Shown here: piece by piece, positions 25,060-37,865 of the stretch | How positions within the stretch are numbered: the first letter of the stretch is position 1 | Layout: each line of letters opens with the position of its first letter | Assembly: GCF_003334815.1 (NCBI RefSeq) | Contig: NZ_QOWO01000016.1 | DNA: 64,000 bases | Strand: one strand, 5' to 3' | Source of the DNA: Escherichia coli | GTDB taxonomy: Bacteria > Pseudomonadota > Gammaproteobacteria > Enterobacterales > Enterobacteriaceae | Program-made: the position numbers and the translations under genes | The notes under the pieces: generated by a model | Databases searched by the model: none | What the model was told of the DNA's origin: nothing | The model's input: only the letters and a program-made list of their open reading frames with translations

Positions 25060-25221
25060 ATGTTTCGTTGGGGCATCATATTTCTGGTTATCGCGTTAAT
25101 CGCCGCCGCACTTGGGTTTGGTGGTCTGGCCGGTACCGCTGCAGGCGCAGCTAAAATTGTCTTTGTCGTCGGGATTATTCTGTTCCTGGTGAGTTTGTTC
25201 ATGGGCCGAAAACGACCCTAG
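25060..25221 (+). CDS. ytjA: small membrane protein YtjA (UPF0391)
   Basis: [53 protein letters not shown], 53 aa, with AAGGAG SD. Confidence 0.85.
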
Positions 25222-25250
25222 ATTTCAGACCATTAAGAAAATTTTATCCA

Positions 25251-25278
25251 AAGCCAGTCCAGCGGACTGGCTTTTGTG
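25251..25278 (+). terminator. terminator after ytjA
   Basis: AGCCAGTCC-agc-GGACTGGCT followed by TTTGTGGTTTT. Confidence 0.6.
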
Positions 25279-25342
25279 GTTTTAGCGAATAATAAATTGC
25301 GTTACTTTGTCATTCTTTCACAACAAAAACAGGAAGGCAGAG

Positions 25343-26416
25343 GTGGGGCAGCGAATACCTGTAACGCTTGGTAATATTGCGCCGTTGTCGCTAAGGCCGT
25401 TCCAGCCTGGACGAATAGCTCTGGTGTGCGAAGGCGGCGGACAGCGTGGAATTTTCACGGCTGGCGTGCTGGATGAGTTTATGCGCGCGCAGTTTAATCC
25501 TTTCGATCTTTATCTCGGCACATCTGCCGGGGCGCAGAACCTCTCGGCGTTTATCTGCAATCAGCCCGGTTACGCGCGCAAAGTCATCATGCGCTATACC
25601 ACAAAACGCGAATTTTTCGATCCATTGCGCTTTGTCCGTGGAGGAAATCTTATCGATCTCGACTGGCTGGTGGAGGCCACTGCAAGCCAGATGCCGTTGC
25701 AAATGGATACCGCCGCGCGGTTGTTTGACAGCGGCAAATCGTTTTATATGTGCGCCTGTCGTCAGGATGACTACGCGCCGAATTACTTTTTACCAACCAA
25801 ACAAAACTGGCTGGATGTGATTCGCGCCTCCAGTGCGATACCTGGCTTTTATCGTAGCGGAGTGTCGCTGGAAGGCATTAACTACCTGGATGGCGGGATC
25901 AGTGATGCGATTCCGGTTAAAGAGGCGGCAAGGCAGGGTGCTAAAACGTTGGTCGTCATTCGCACTGTGCCGTCACAAATGTACTACACGCCGCAGTGGT
26001 TCAAACGCATGGAACGCTGGCTGGGTGACAGTAGCCTGCAGCCGCTGGTCAATCTGGTGCAGCATCATGAAACCAGCTATCGTGACATTCAGCAATTTAT
26101 TGAGAAACCACCGGGCAAGCTGCGGATATTCGAAATTTATCCACCGAAGCCATTACATAGTATCGCGCTTGGCAGTCGGATTCCGGCGCTGCGTGAAGAC
26201 TATAAACTTGGGCGTTTATGCGGTCGTTATTTCCTCGCCACGGTTGGCAAGCTATTAACTGAAAAAGCGCCGCTTACCCGCCATCTGGTGCCAGTGGTGA
26301 CGCCGGAATCGATTGTCATTCCGCCTGCGCCAGTCGCCAACGATACGCTGGTTGCCGAAGTGATTGACGCTCCGCAGGCGAACGACCCGACATTTAACAA
26401 TGAGGATCTGGCTTGA
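25343..26416 (+). CDS. yjjU: patatin-like phospholipase family protein YjjU
   Basis: GTG start gives 357 aa. Contains the GGGQRG and GTSAG patatin motifs. Matches K-12 YjjU. Confidence 0.9.
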   Translation: MGQRIPVTLGNIAPLSLRPFQPGRIALVCEGGGQRGIFTAGVLDEFMRAQFNPFDLYLGTSAGAQNLSAFICNQPGYARKVIMRYTTKREFFDPLRFVRGGNLIDLDWLVEATASQMPLQMDTAARLFDSGKSFYMCACRQDDYAPNYFLPTKQNWLDVIRASSAIPGFYRSGVSLEGINYLDGGISDAIPVKEAARQGAKTLVVIRTVPSQMYYTPQWFKRMERWLGDSSLQPLVNLVQHHETSYRDIQQFIEKPPGKLRIFEIYPPKPLHSIALGSRIPALREDYKLGRLCGRYFLATVGKLLTEKAPLTRHLVPVVTPESIVIPPAPVANDTLVAEVIDAPQANDPTFNNEDLA

Positions 26417-27195
26417 TTTGCCGTTTTATCGACACCCACTGCCATTTTGATTTCCCGCCGTTTAGTGGCGATGAAGAGGCCAGCCTGCAACGCGCGGCAC
26501 AAGCGGGCGTAGGCAAGATCATTGTTCCGGCGACAGAGGCGGAAAATTTTGCCCGTGTGCAGGCGTTAGCGGAAAAATATCAACCGCTGTATGCCGCATT
26601 GGGCTTGCATCCTGGTATGTTGGAAAAACATAGCGATGTGTCTCTTGATCAGCTACAGCAGGCGCTGGAAAGGCGTCCGGCGAAGGTGGTGGCGGTGGGG
26701 GAGATCGGTCTGGATCTCTTCGGCGACGATCCGCAATTTGAGAGGCAGCAGTGGTTACTCGACGAACAACTGAAACTGGCGAAACGCTACGATCTGCCGG
26801 TGATCCTGCATTCACGGCGCACACACGACAAATTGGCGATGCATCTTAAACGCCACGATTTATCGCGCACTGGCGTGGTTCACGGTTTTTCCGGCAGCCT
26901 GCAACAGGCCGAGCGGTTTGTACAGTTGGGCTACAAAATCGGCGTAGGCGGTACTATCACCTATCCACGCGCCAGTAAAACCCGCGATGTCATCGCAAAA
27001 TTACCGCTGGCATCGTTGTTGCTGGAAACCGACGCGCCGGATATGCCGCTCAACGGCTTTCAGGGGCAGCCTAACCGCCCGGAACAGGCTGCACGGGTGT
27101 TTGACGTGCTTTGCGAGTTGCGCCCGGAACCAGAAGATGAGATTGCCGAAGTGTTGCTTAATAATACGTATGCGGTGTTTAGCGTTCGTGGGTAG
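26413..27195 (+). CDS. yjjV: TatD-family metal-dependent hydrolase YjjV
   Basis: MICRFIDTHCHFDF... (TatD HxH motif). The TTG start overlaps the yjjU stop. Confidence 0.9.
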   Translation: MICRFIDTHCHFDFPPFSGDEEASLQRAAQAGVGKIIVPATEAENFARVQALAEKYQPLYAALGLHPGMLEKHSDVSLDQLQQALERRPAKVVAVGEIGLDLFGDDPQFERQQWLLDEQLKLAKRYDLPVILHSRRTHDKLAMHLKRHDLSRTGVVHGFSGSLQQAERFVQLGYKIGVGGTITYPRASKTRDVIAKLPLASLLLETDAPDMPLNGFQGQPNRPEQAARVFDVLCELRPEPEDEIAEVLLNNTYAVFSVRG

Positions 27196-27608
27196 TTTAC
27201 CCTTCGTAGGCAGCATCCGGCAGTCGGCGCATAATGCCTGATGCGACGCTTGTCGCGTCTTATCATGCCTACAGGTTTGTGCCGAACCGTAGGCCGGATA
27301 AGGCGTTCACGCCGCATCCGGCAGTTGGCGCACAATGCCTGATGCGACGCTTGACGCGTCTTATCATGCCTACAAGTCTGTGCCGAACCGTAGGCCGGAT
27401 AAGGCGTTCAGGCCGCATCCGGCAGTTGGCGCACAATGCCTGATGCGACGCTGACGCGTCTTATCATGCCTACAAGTCTGTGCCGAACCGTAGGCCGGAT
27501 AAGGCGTTCACGCCGCATCCGGCAGTCGGCGCATAATGCCTGATGCGACGCTTGTCGCGTCTTATCATGCCTACAAGTCTGTGCCGAACCGTAGGCCGTA
27601 TCCGGCAT
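27196..27608. repeat. BIME/REP cluster: four tandem ~100-101-bp units of paired REP sequences
   Basis: GCCTGATGCGACGCT...GTAGGCCGGATAAGGCGTTCACGCCGCATCCGGCA units begin at 27236, 27337, 27438 and 27538. Confidence 0.9.
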
Positions 27609-27609
27609 G

Positions 27610-28473
27610 TCACAAATAGAGCGCCGGAAATATCAACCGGCTCACCCCGCGCACCTTTAACGCATCAGCCAACGGCTCAACGTCTTCCGGCGTGGCGCTC
27701 GCCCAGCTTTGCGCCTCGCCATACACGCCGTGGGCATGAAACGCATTCAGGCGAACCGGAACATCGCCAAGTCTCTTGATAAACGTCGCCAGCTCATCGA
27801 TGTGATGCAAATAATCCACCTGGTCTGGAATTACCAGCAAACGCAGTTCCGCCAGCTTACCGCGCTCTGCCAGCAAACAGATGCTGCGCTTAATCTGCTG
27901 ATTATCGCGTCCGGTTAATTGCTGATGACATTCGCTCCCCCACGCTTTGAGATCGAGCATTGCGCCGTCGCACACCGGGAGTAATTTTTCCCAGCCGGTT
28001 TCGCTCAACATACCGTTACTGTCCACCAGGCAGGTGAGGTGGCGCAGTTGCGGATCGTTTTTGATAGCAGTAAACAGCGCCACTACAAACGGCAGTTGGG
28101 TCGTGGCTTCGCCGCCGCTTACCGTTATCCCTTCAATAAACAGCACCGCTTTGCGGACATGGCTAAGCACTTCGTCCACGCTCATGGATTGCGCCATTGG
28201 CGTGGCATGTTGCGGACACATCTTCAGGCAGGTATCACACTGCTCGCAGACCACAGCGTTCCACAGCACTTTGCCGTCAACAATCTGCAACGCCTGATGC
28301 GGACACTGTGGCACGCACTCTCCGCAATCATTGCAGCGTCCCATCGTCCACGGATTGTGACAGTTTTTGCAGCGCAGATTGCAGCCCTGCAAAAACAGAG
28401 CCAGACGACTGCCTGGCCCGTCAACGCAGGAGAAGGGGATAATCTTACTGACTAAAGCGCATCTGCTGTTCAT
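27610..28473 (-). CDS. yjjW: glycyl-radical enzyme activating protein (radical SAM) YjjW
   Basis: 287 aa. Contains [12 protein letters not shown] (CxxxCxxC) plus ferredoxin-like Cys clusters. Confidence 0.92.
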   Translation of the reverse strand: MNSRCALVSKIIPFSCVDGPGSRLALFLQGCNLRCKNCHNPWTMGRCNDCGECVPQCPHQALQIVDGKVLWNAVVCEQCDTCLKMCPQHATPMAQSMSVDEVLSHVRKAVLFIEGITVSGGEATTQLPFVVALFTAIKNDPQLRHLTCLVDSNGMLSETGWEKLLPVCDGAMLDLKAWGSECHQQLTGRDNQQIKRSICLLAERGKLAELRLLVIPDQVDYLHHIDELATFIKRLGDVPVRLNAFHAHGVYGEAQSWASATPEDVEPLADALKVRGVSRLIFPALYL

Positions 28474-29995
28474 GGCTTATCACGCGCGGCTGGCGTTCCA
28501 GAATACGAGTGTTGCGTGCGGCTTCTTCGCCCAGCCAGGTGGTGTTGGTGCGTGAACCTTCGGCGCGATATTTTTCTAAGTCCGACAAACGTACCATATA
28601 ACCGGTAACGCGAACCAGATCGTTACCGCTGACATTGGCGGTAAATTCACGCATTCCGGCTTTAAAGGCACCGAGGCAAAGCTGTACCAGTGCCTGCGGG
28701 TTACGTTTGATGGTTTCGTCGAGCGTCAGAATGTCGCTGATGCCGGAATAATAATAAGCATGATGCGGGGCGACAGTTTGCAGATGGGTGATCGGATCTG
28801 GCTCATCGCCATACGGCAAACGCGCGCCCGGCGTGGTGCCAATATCGGAACTGATCCCCGACTGTGCGTGTAACATGGCGCGTTTTTGCCAGCCATATTT
28901 CACGGGGGTATTGGCGACAAACTCCGCCAGTTGCGCGCTGATGCGATAACCCACTTCATTTGCGGCGGCTTCTTTACCGTAGCGCGCGGCAATCCCTTCT
29001 TTCTCACACAGCAAGTTAACCGCTTCCGCCAGCCCATACATGCCAAACATTGGCACAAAACGTTCAGGGTTAATCAGCCCTTCTTTCACCAGGAAGCTAT
29101 TCTCAAAGAAGTGTGATTGTTGATAGAGGAATTCACACCGCGCATCGATGATGGCGATCTGCTGCTGGCAGTAGTGCGGTAGAGTGCGCGTAAAGAAGTC
29201 ATCCAGCGATTCGCTGCGCTCGGCAATGGCTTTCAGGTTAAGGCGTACCAGCGTGCTGCCACCACCCGCCAGCGGCAGTGAGTTGTAACAGCTCACAATC
29301 CCGTAGCCCCCTTTTGTGAAAATTTTATCATGCACCGGACCGTTGGCGATGTGCGGTTTGCTACATTCACAGATGTTCTTCGCCACTTCCAGCAGCAGGT
29401 CATCAGGGGTGATTTCAGGATCGTAGATAAAGGTCAGGTTCGGTGAAACCTGCTTCAACGCTGCGTCTGCACGTAAGATCGCGCGGGTAATGGGCGAATC
29501 AGACGGGCCGATATTGGCGTGCATAAAGGCGTCTGGCAGGGTTCTGTCGAGGTAACGCCAGAAACGTTTTATTCGAACATCGATCTCGTCTTGTGTTAGA
29601 ATTCTAACATACGGTTGCAACAACGCATCCAGTTGCCCCAGGTAGACCGGCATCGATGTGACCGACGGTACGTGGTGGTAAAGAATGGTCAGCAGAGAGA
29701 GTGCGTCATCAAGATCTTTCGCGCCTTCCAGCTCCAGCCATTCGGAACCGTTCGCCAGAAAACGGGCGTAATCGGGTAAGACATAGCGCGGTTTGTACGG
29801 CGCATGACCTTCAAACATATCGCAGATTACACCTTCATCCAGCGCGCGGCGGGCTTCGGCAGGCAGCTGTGGGTAAGGCAGATTGTTTTCTGCTTCCAGT
29901 GCCAGAAAATGGCGCTTCTGCTCCGGGCTAAGCACTGGGCTGGTGACAATTTGCTGGCAACGTTGTTGCAGTGCATTTTCATGAGAAGTGGACAT
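28445..29995 (-). CDS. yjjI: YjjI (DUF3029; putative glycine-radical enzyme partner of YjjW)
   Basis: [17 protein letters not shown]... gives 516 aa from ATG 29995. The track ORF extends further upstream to 30124. Overlaps the yjjW start by 29 nt. Confidence 0.9.
   Translation of the reverse strand: MSTSHENALQQRCQQIVTSPVLSPEQKRHFLALEAENNLPYPQLPAEARRALDEGVICDMFEGHAPYKPRYVLPDYARFLANGSEWLELEGAKDLDDALSLLTILYHHVPSVTSMPVYLGQLDALLQPYVRILTQDEIDVRIKRFWRYLDRTLPDAFMHANIGPSDSPITRAILRADAALKQVSPNLTFIYDPEITPDDLLLEVAKNICECSKPHIANGPVHDKIFTKGGYGIVSCYNSLPLAGGGSTLVRLNLKAIAERSESLDDFFTRTLPHYCQQQIAIIDARCEFLYQQSHFFENSFLVKEGLINPERFVPMFGMYGLAEAVNLLCEKEGIAARYGKEAAANEVGYRISAQLAEFVANTPVKYGWQKRAMLHAQSGISSDIGTTPGARLPYGDEPDPITHLQTVAPHHAYYYSGISDILTLDETIKRNPQALVQLCLGAFKAGMREFTANVSGNDLVRVTGYMVRLSDLEKYRAEGSRTNTTWLGEEAARNTRILERQPRVISHEQQMRFSQ
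29594..29609. promoter_or_regulatory. DeoR operator (deoP1 region)
   Basis: Perfect 16-bp palindrome TGTTAGAATTCTAACA, the known DeoR operator sequence. It lies 600 bp upstream of the second copy, consistent with the known ~600-bp deoP1-deoP2 spacing. Confidence 0.75.
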
Positions 29996-30193
29996 CTTCT
30001 GTTCCTTTTTATGCCGAAGGTGATGCGCCATTGTAAGAAGTTTCGTGATGTTCACTTTGATCCTGATGCGTTTGCCACCACTGACGCATTCATTTGAAAG
30101 TGAATTATTTGAACCAGATCGCATTACAGTAATGCAATTTTGTAAGTAGATTTCCTTAATTGTGATGTATATCGAAGTGTGTTGCGGAGTCGA

Positions 30194-30209
30194 TGTTAGA
30201 ATACTAACA
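30194..30209. promoter_or_regulatory. DeoR operator (deoP2 region)
   Basis: TGTTAGAATACTAACA, 45 nt upstream of the deoC ATG. Confidence 0.75.
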
Positions 30210-30253
30210 AACTCGCAAGGTGAATTTTATTGGCGACAAGCCAGGAGAATGAA

Positions 30254-31033
30254 ATGACTGATCTGAAAGCAAGCAGCCTGCGTGCACTGAAATTGATGGA
30301 CCTGACCACCCTGAATGACGACGATACCGACGAGAAAGTGATCGCCCTGTGTCATCAGGCCAAAACTCCGGTCGGTAATACCGCCGCTATCTGTATCTAT
30401 CCTCGCTTTATCCCGATTGCTCGCAAAACGCTGAAAGAGCAGGGCACCCCGGAAATCCGTATCGCTACGGTAACCAACTTCCCACACGGTAACGACGATA
30501 TCGAAATCGCGCTGGCCGAAACTCGCGCGGCAATCGCCTACGGTGCCGATGAAGTTGATGTGGTGTTCCCGTACCGTGCACTGATGGCGGGTAACGAGCA
30601 GGTTGGTTTTGATCTGGTGAAAGCCTGTAAAGAGGCTTGCGCAGCAGCGAACGTACTGCTGAAAGTGATTATTGAAACCGGCGAACTGAAAGACGAAGCG
30701 CTGATCCGTAAAGCGTCTGAAATATCCATCAAAGCGGGTGCTGATTTCATCAAAACCTCTACCGGTAAAGTAGCAGTGAACGCGACGCCGGAAAGCGCGC
30801 GCATCATGATGGAAGTGATCCGTGATATGGGCGTAGAGAAAACCGTTGGTTTCAAACCGGCGGGCGGCGTGCGTACTGCGGAAGATGCGCAGAAATATCT
30901 TGCCATCGCAGATGAACTGTTCGGTGCTGACTGGGCTGATGCGCGTCATTACCGCTTTGGTGCTTCCAGCCTGCTGGCAAGCCTGCTGAAAGCTCTGGGC
31001 CACGGCGACGGTAAGAGCGCCAGCAGCTACTAA
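30254..31033 (+). CDS. deoC: deoxyribose-phosphate aldolase
   Basis: [29 protein letters not shown]..., 259 aa, matches K-12 DeoC. Confidence 0.96.
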
Positions 31034-31054
31034 GCTGCCTTTTGCCAGAGGGTG

Positions 31055-31140
31055 GATGCCGGATGCGGCGGAACGCCTTATCCGGCCTACGGGTCGAGTG
31101 CCGTGTAGGCCTTGTATGATGCGTCAGCATCGCATCAGGC
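31055..31140. repeat. REP pair (BIME) between deoC and deoA
   Basis: GCCGGATGCGGCG...CTTATCCGGCCTAC and GTAGGCC...GCATCAGGC motifs. Confidence 0.8.
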
Positions 31141-31199
31141 AATAACAACATCCGCCATCTGGCAACAACGCCTTCAAACTTATTCCACGGGAGGTTACC

Positions 31200-32522
31200 T
31201 TGTTTCTCGCACAAGAAATTATTCGTAAAAAACGTGATGGTCATGCGCTGAGCGATGAAGAAATTCGCTTCTTTATCAACGGCATTCGCGACAACACTAT
31301 CTCCGAAGGGCAGATTGCCGCCCTCGCGATGACCATTTTCTTCCACGATATGACAATGCCGGAGCGTGTCTCGCTGACGATGGCGATGCGAGATTCAGGA
31401 ACCGTTCTCGACTGGAAAAGCCTGCATCTGAATGGCCCGATTGTTGATAAACACTCGACCGGCGGCGTCGGCGATGTGACTTCGCTGATGTTGGGGCCAA
31501 TGGTCGCTGCCTGCGGCGGCTATATTCCGATGATCTCCGGTCGCGGCCTCGGCCATACTGGTGGTACGCTCGACAAACTGGAATCCATCCCTGGCTTCGA
31601 CATCTTCCCAGATGACAACCGTTTCCGCGAAATTATTAAAGACGTCGGCGTGGCGATTATTGGCCAGACCAGTTCACTGGCTCCGGCGGATAAACGTTTC
31701 TATGCGACCCGCGATATTACCGCAACCGTGGATTCCATCCCGCTGATCACTGCCTCGATCCTGGCGAAGAAACTGGCGGAAGGTCTGGATGCACTGGTGA
31801 TGGACGTGAAAGTCGGTAGCGGTGCATTTATGCCGACCTACGAACTCTCTGAAGCCCTTGCCGAAGCGATTGTTGGCGTGGCTAACGGCGCTGGCGTGCG
31901 CACCACCGCGCTACTCACCGACATGAATCAGGTGCTGGCCTCCAGTGCCGGTAACGCGGTTGAAGTACGTGAAGCGGTGCAGTTCCTGACAGGTGAGTAC
32001 CGTAACCCGCGTCTGTTTGATGTCACGATGGCGTTGTGTGTGGAGATGCTTACCTCCGGCAAACTGGCGAAAGATGACGCCGAAGCGCGCGCGAAATTGC
32101 AGGCGGTACTGGACAACGGTAAAGCGGCAGAAGTCTTTGGTCGTATGGTAGCGGCACAAAAAGGCCCGACCGACTTCGTTGAGAACTACGCGAAGTATCT
32201 GCCGACAGCGATGCTGACGAAAGCAGTCTATGCTGATACCGAAGGTTTTGTCAGTGATATGGATACCCGCGCGCTGGGAATGGCAGTGGTTGCAATGGGC
32301 GGCGGTCGCCGTCAGGCATCTGACACCATCGATTACAGCGTCGGCTTTACTGATATGGCGCGTTTGGGTGACCAGGTAGACGGTCAGCGTCCGCTGGCGG
32401 TTATCCACGCGAAAGACGAAAACAGCTGGCAGGAAGCGGCGAAAGCGGTGAAAGCGGCAATTAAACTTGCCGATAAAGCACCGGAAAGCACACCAACTGT
32501 CTATCGCCGTATCAGCGAATAA
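31200..32522 (+). CDS. deoA: thymidine phosphorylase
   Basis: TTG start; (M)[27 protein letters not shown]..., 440 aa. Confidence 0.96.
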
Positions 32523-32552
32523 CGGTATACTGATCTGATCATTTAAATTTGA

Positions 32553-33797
<1,245 letters not shown>

Positions 33798-33853
33798 TGG
33801 ATTTGGGCGGAGCAGTGACTCCGCCTTTAATATGTCACAAAAAGGATAAAATG

Positions 33854-34573
33854 ATGGCTACTCCACACATTAATGCAGAAATGGGCGATTTCGCTGACGT
33901 AGTTTTGATGCCAGGCGACCCGCTGCGTGCGAAGTATATTGCTGAAACTTTCCTTGAAGATGCCCGTGAAGTGAACAACGTTCGCGGTATGCTGGGTTTC
34001 ACCGGTACTTACAAAGGCCGCAAAATTTCTGTAATGGGCCACGGTATGGGTATCCCGTCCTGCTCCATCTACACTAAAGAACTGATCACCGATTTCGGCG
34101 TGAAGAAAATCATTCGCGTTGGTTCCTGTGGTGCAGTTCTGCCGCACGTAAAACTGCGTGACGTAGTGATTGGTATGGGTGCCTGCACCGATTCCAAAGT
34201 TAACCGCATCCGTTTTAAAGACCATGACTTTGCAGCTATCGCTGACTTCGACATGGTGCGTAACGCGGTAGATGCAGCTAAAGCACTGGGCATTGATGCT
34301 CGCGTTGGTAACCTGTTCTCCGCTGACCTGTTCTACTCTCCGGACGGCGAAATGTTCGACGTGATGGAAAAATACGGCATCCTCGGCGTGGAAATGGAAG
34401 CAGCTGGTATCTACGGCGTCGCTGCAGAATTCGGCGCGAAAGCCCTGACCATCTGCACCGTATCTGACCATATCCGCACGCACGAGCAGACCACTGCCGC
34501 TGAGCGTCAGACTACCTTCAACGACATGATCAAAATCGCACTGGAATCCGTTCTGCTGGGCGATAAAGAGTAA
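33854..34573 (+). CDS. deoD: purine nucleoside phosphorylase
   Basis: [30 protein letters not shown]..., 239 aa. The track ORF begins upstream at 33797. Confidence 0.96.
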
Positions 34574-34605
34574 TTGTGTTTCGCTGAAAGGCGATTGTCG
34601 TGTGA

Positions 34606-34635
34606 AGCCGGAGCGGGAGACCGCTCCGGCTTTTT
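34606..34635 (+). terminator. deo operon terminator
   Basis: AGCCGGAGCGG-gaga-CCGCTCCGGCT followed by TTTT. Confidence 0.8.
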
Positions 34636-34739
34636 AGCATCTATTCATTTTTCTCTCCAGCTTGAATATTTTCGCTATACTTTTCAGTGAAATGTGTTAA
34701 TAAATCTATTCAAGTATCTATTCACGAATCTATTCATTA

Positions 34740-36071
34740 ATGAGCGAACTGACCGATCTTTTACTGCAAGGGCCGCGTTCTGCCCCGGAATTGCGCCAGC
34801 GTCTGGCAATCAGTCAGGCGACGTTCTCACGTCTTGTTGCCAGAGAAGATCGGGTGATTCGCTTTGGCAAAGCACGGGCAACGCGATATGCACTGCTGCG
34901 TCCTTATCGCGGAATTGAACGTATTCCCGTCTGGCGGGTGGACGATGCCGGAAAGGCGCATAAATTCGCCGACATCCAGTTGTGCTGGCCGCAGGGAAGT
35001 TGTCTGGTCACAGGCGGAAAGGGCGACGAACAGTGGTTTGATGGTTTGCCCTGGTATTTGACCGATCTCCGACCACAGGGGTTTTTGGGGCGCGCGTGGG
35101 GCAGAAATTTAGCCGGACAACTGAATCTGACTGAAGATATACGTCTCTGGCAGGAAGAAGATGTGCTCTACGCCCTGACCGTATTTAACGGTGAATATAC
35201 CGGGGGCTGGCTGGTCGGGGAGAGGAATTATCAGCGATGGATTACTGCACCACGCCCTGCGGCAATTCCTCTGGATCAAAAACTCACCCGTTACGAACAA
35301 CTGGCGCATGATGCACTGGCAGGAGAAATTGTGGGTTCTTCTGCGGGCGGCGAGCAGCCAAAATTTACCTGCTATGTACAAACGCCGTCAGGCAATAAAC
35401 ATGTGTTGGTGAAATTCACCGTGCCACAGCAAACCGCGGTCAGCCAACGTTGGGGTGACCTGCTAATTGCTGAATCTATTGCCGCGCAAATCCTGTGCGA
35501 CGGTGGGATCCACGCCATCGAGTCAACGGTGCTTGTAACAAGTAACAGGCAGGTATTCCTTGAAGCGCAACGCTTTGACTGTAAAGGTAACGATGGTCGC
35601 TTGCCCATTGTGTCGCTGGAGGCGGTGCAGAGTGAGTTTATCTCTTCTCCGGGATCGTGGCCGGAGGCAATGCGCCGTTTGTGTGAGCAACAATTTGTCA
35701 CTCACCAGAGCGTGGCGCAAACAGAAGTGATCTGGGCGTTTGGGCGACTTATCGCCAACAGCGATATGCACGCAGGCAATTTATCATTTTATTTATCTGA
35801 ACCACCATTTGCGCTGACGCCCGTCTACGACATGCTGCCGATGGCCTATGCACCAAACAGCGCCGGAATGCTGCGTGATGCTGCCATTGAGGTGAAGTTT
35901 GATCTTAACGTCAGTAAAAGCGCATGGTTAACGGCGATCCCGCTGGCGCAGCAGTTCTGGCAAATGGTCGCTGGAGATCCGCGTATCAGCGAGGCGTTTC
36001 GCCACATTGCGCAGGAAATGCCGGAAAAAATCCGGCAAATCGAAGGGAAAGTTGCCCGCATGGGCGGGTAA
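34740..36071 (+). CDS. yjjJ: HipA-family Ser/Thr kinase with N-terminal HTH (YjjJ/HipH)
   Basis: 443 aa. N-terminal winged-HTH-like segment. The C-terminus carries HipA-like motifs (GGEQPKF, SDMHAGNLSF). Confidence 0.9.
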   Translation: MSELTDLLLQGPRSAPELRQRLAISQATFSRLVAREDRVIRFGKARATRYALLRPYRGIERIPVWRVDDAGKAHKFADIQLCWPQGSCLVTGGKGDEQWFDGLPWYLTDLRPQGFLGRAWGRNLAGQLNLTEDIRLWQEEDVLYALTVFNGEYTGGWLVGERNYQRWITAPRPAAIPLDQKLTRYEQLAHDALAGEIVGSSAGGEQPKFTCYVQTPSGNKHVLVKFTVPQQTAVSQRWGDLLIAESIAAQILCDGGIHAIESTVLVTSNRQVFLEAQRFDCKGNDGRLPIVSLEAVQSEFISSPGSWPEAMRRLCEQQFVTHQSVAQTEVIWAFGRLIANSDMHAGNLSFYLSEPPFALTPVYDMLPMAYAPNSAGMLRDAAIEVKFDLNVSKSAWLTAIPLAQQFWQMVAGDPRISEAFRHIAQEMPEKIRQIEGKVARMGG

Positions 36072-37088
36072 CTACCGTACCGCTCCCGCTATCCACGCCG
36101 ACAACTCCCGTAGCTCTTTTTCCTGTTCAGGGAAGTCAACCAACAGCGCTTCACACTCTTGTTGCAGCATGTCAGCGCGGTATAGGCAGCCTTGCAGTCG
36201 TCCGGCGAGAGCTTCCAGAGGTGCGGGGTTGAGGCTATCGGTAAACACCTGGGTGCGGGTGATATGGCCTTTTTCGACGTCGAAATGCAGTTCTACGCCG
36301 CCCCAGGTAAAGCGTTCATCCAGCAGATGCGAAAACGCCGGAGCCTGACCGAAGTTCCATTCCCAGCTACTCTGGCGGGCAAAGGTTTCGGCAAAGTTCG
36401 GCAAGTCTGGCGTTTTGTCCGGTGAGATGATTTCCGCTTCTGTGCGCTCGCCATAATGTGCGAAAAAGGTTTCGGATATGGCCTCGCAAACCTGCTCATG
36501 GGTAATTCCCGGCAGCAATTCGGTCAGATTGGTCACGCGGGAACGTACCGACGTAATGCCTTTCGCCGCCAGTTTCTTTTTATCCGGGTTGAGATAGTTT
36601 GCCAGGCGGCTAAGGTCGGCATTGAGTAGCAAGGTGCCGTGGTGGAAGCCACGATCTTTGGTTTCGCGATAGGCCGAGCCTGAGACTTTACGGTCGCCTT
36701 CGGCGGTTTTCACCACCAAATCGTTACGTCCGGACGCTTCGGCGCTGACACCGAGCGCGTTCAGTGCATTGAGCACAATTGAGGTGGAGATCGTTTTATC
36801 GTATTCCGGCTTGCCAGCCATGAAGGTAAAACAGGTATTGCCGAGATCGTGGAACACCGCGCCGCCACCGCTACTGCGCCGCGCCAGGCGGACGTTATCT
36901 TCTTCCATCCGCCGGGTATTACACTCTTTCCACGGGTTCTGCGCGCGACCAATCACCACGGTGTCAGCATTGCGCCAGAGAAACAAAACGCGCTGCGTGG
37001 CGGGCATCTGGCGAAAAATACACTCCTCCACCGCCAGGTTAAACCACGGATCGTAAGAGTCAGAGATGAGCAGGCGTAATGTGGACAT
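36072..37088 (-). CDS. lplA: lipoate-protein ligase A
   Basis: [25 protein letters not shown]..., 338 aa. Confidence 0.96.
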   Translation of the reverse strand: MSTLRLLISDSYDPWFNLAVEECIFRQMPATQRVLFLWRNADTVVIGRAQNPWKECNTRRMEEDNVRLARRSSGGGAVFHDLGNTCFTFMAGKPEYDKTISTSIVLNALNALGVSAEASGRNDLVVKTAEGDRKVSGSAYRETKDRGFHHGTLLLNADLSRLANYLNPDKKKLAAKGITSVRSRVTNLTELLPGITHEQVCEAISETFFAHYGERTEAEIISPDKTPDLPNFAETFARQSSWEWNFGQAPAFSHLLDERFTWGGVELHFDVEKGHITRTQVFTDSLNPAPLEALAGRLQGCLYRADMLQQECEALLVDFPEQEKELRELSAWIAGAVR

Positions 37089-37115
37089 AACGATTTCCTT
37101 TCTTGTAGTAATGGG

Positions 37116-37760
37116 TCACTCTTTTTTCTCGCTTTCTTCCTCTTCCGGCACCGGTTTGCTGGCGGTTAACAGGAAGGGGGATTGCTGCCAGCGGGTGCGT
37201 TTACCCTGTAGCAGCGTGCGGGTCAGCACTACGCCGATTGCCAGCGAGAGCAACAACATCAGGCGTAAAATGTTAGTGGTGTTATCCACCTGTTGAGCTT
37301 CGGTGGCGAGCGTATGGGTGTCGAGCGTCAGGCGCAGATAGCCAAGCGGACCATTTTTCCCTGCAATGGGTTCGACAATCTGCTGGTTAAAATAGCCGCC
37401 CGCTTTTTTACCGTCGAGCGCCAGCCGGTCACGCACTTCGACGCTTTCGCCAGAACGGGCGATAAGATCGCCTTGTTCGTCATACACGCCCGCGTCGAGG
37501 ATGCGGCTTTCATCCGTTAACTGATCGAGGATCGCCTGAATACGTTTTTCATCCGGCGAGTCGGTACGCATCAGCGGCGCAACGTTCAGCGTCACCTGCC
37601 GCGCCAGGGTGCGGGCCAGTTCTTCCAGCTGCGGATTACGCTGTCGCTGGTGGTTTTGACTAAACCATGATGCCCCCTGCATCAGCGCCACTAACAAGGC
37701 AAGACAGAACAGGACAATCACTGCCCGATGCAGCCGGAATTTCAGTTTTGTGCGAGCCAT
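37116..37760 (-). CDS. ytjB: inner-membrane protein YtjB (Smp)
   Basis: 214 aa with one N-terminal and one C-terminal hydrophobic helix. Divergent from serB, as in K-12. Confidence 0.9.
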   Translation of the reverse strand: MARTKLKFRLHRAVIVLFCLALLVALMQGASWFSQNHQRQRNPQLEELARTLARQVTLNVAPLMRTDSPDEKRIQAILDQLTDESRILDAGVYDEQGDLIARSGESVEVRDRLALDGKKAGGYFNQQIVEPIAGKNGPLGYLRLTLDTHTLATEAQQVDNTTNILRLMLLLSLAIGVVLTRTLLQGKRTRWQQSPFLLTASKPVPEEEESEKKE

Positions 37761-37865
37761 CTTCCACCCTTTGAAAATTTGAGACTTAATGTTGCCAGAA
37801 GCAATGGATACAAGGTAGCCTCATGCGTTATTTTCCCTGCTTCGAACGATTTTACAGGAGCCTTA

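Noticed and set aside
27196-27608. Regular ~100-bp tandem repeats that could be mistaken for a CRISPR array
   Set aside because: The repeats are canonical REP (GCCGGATGCGGCG / GCCTGATGCGACGC) palindromes. The 'spacers' are themselves repeated, and no cas genes are nearby. This is a BIME cluster.
30227-31003. 258-aa minus-strand ORF opposite deoC. Similar long antisense ORFs occur at 32955-33713, 33827-34483, 31911-32573, 42843-43595, 58082-58801, 63129-63662, 5750-6340 and 52547-53032.
   Set aside because: Each is fully nested antisense to a confidently identified gene and has no SD, no family resemblance and odd composition.
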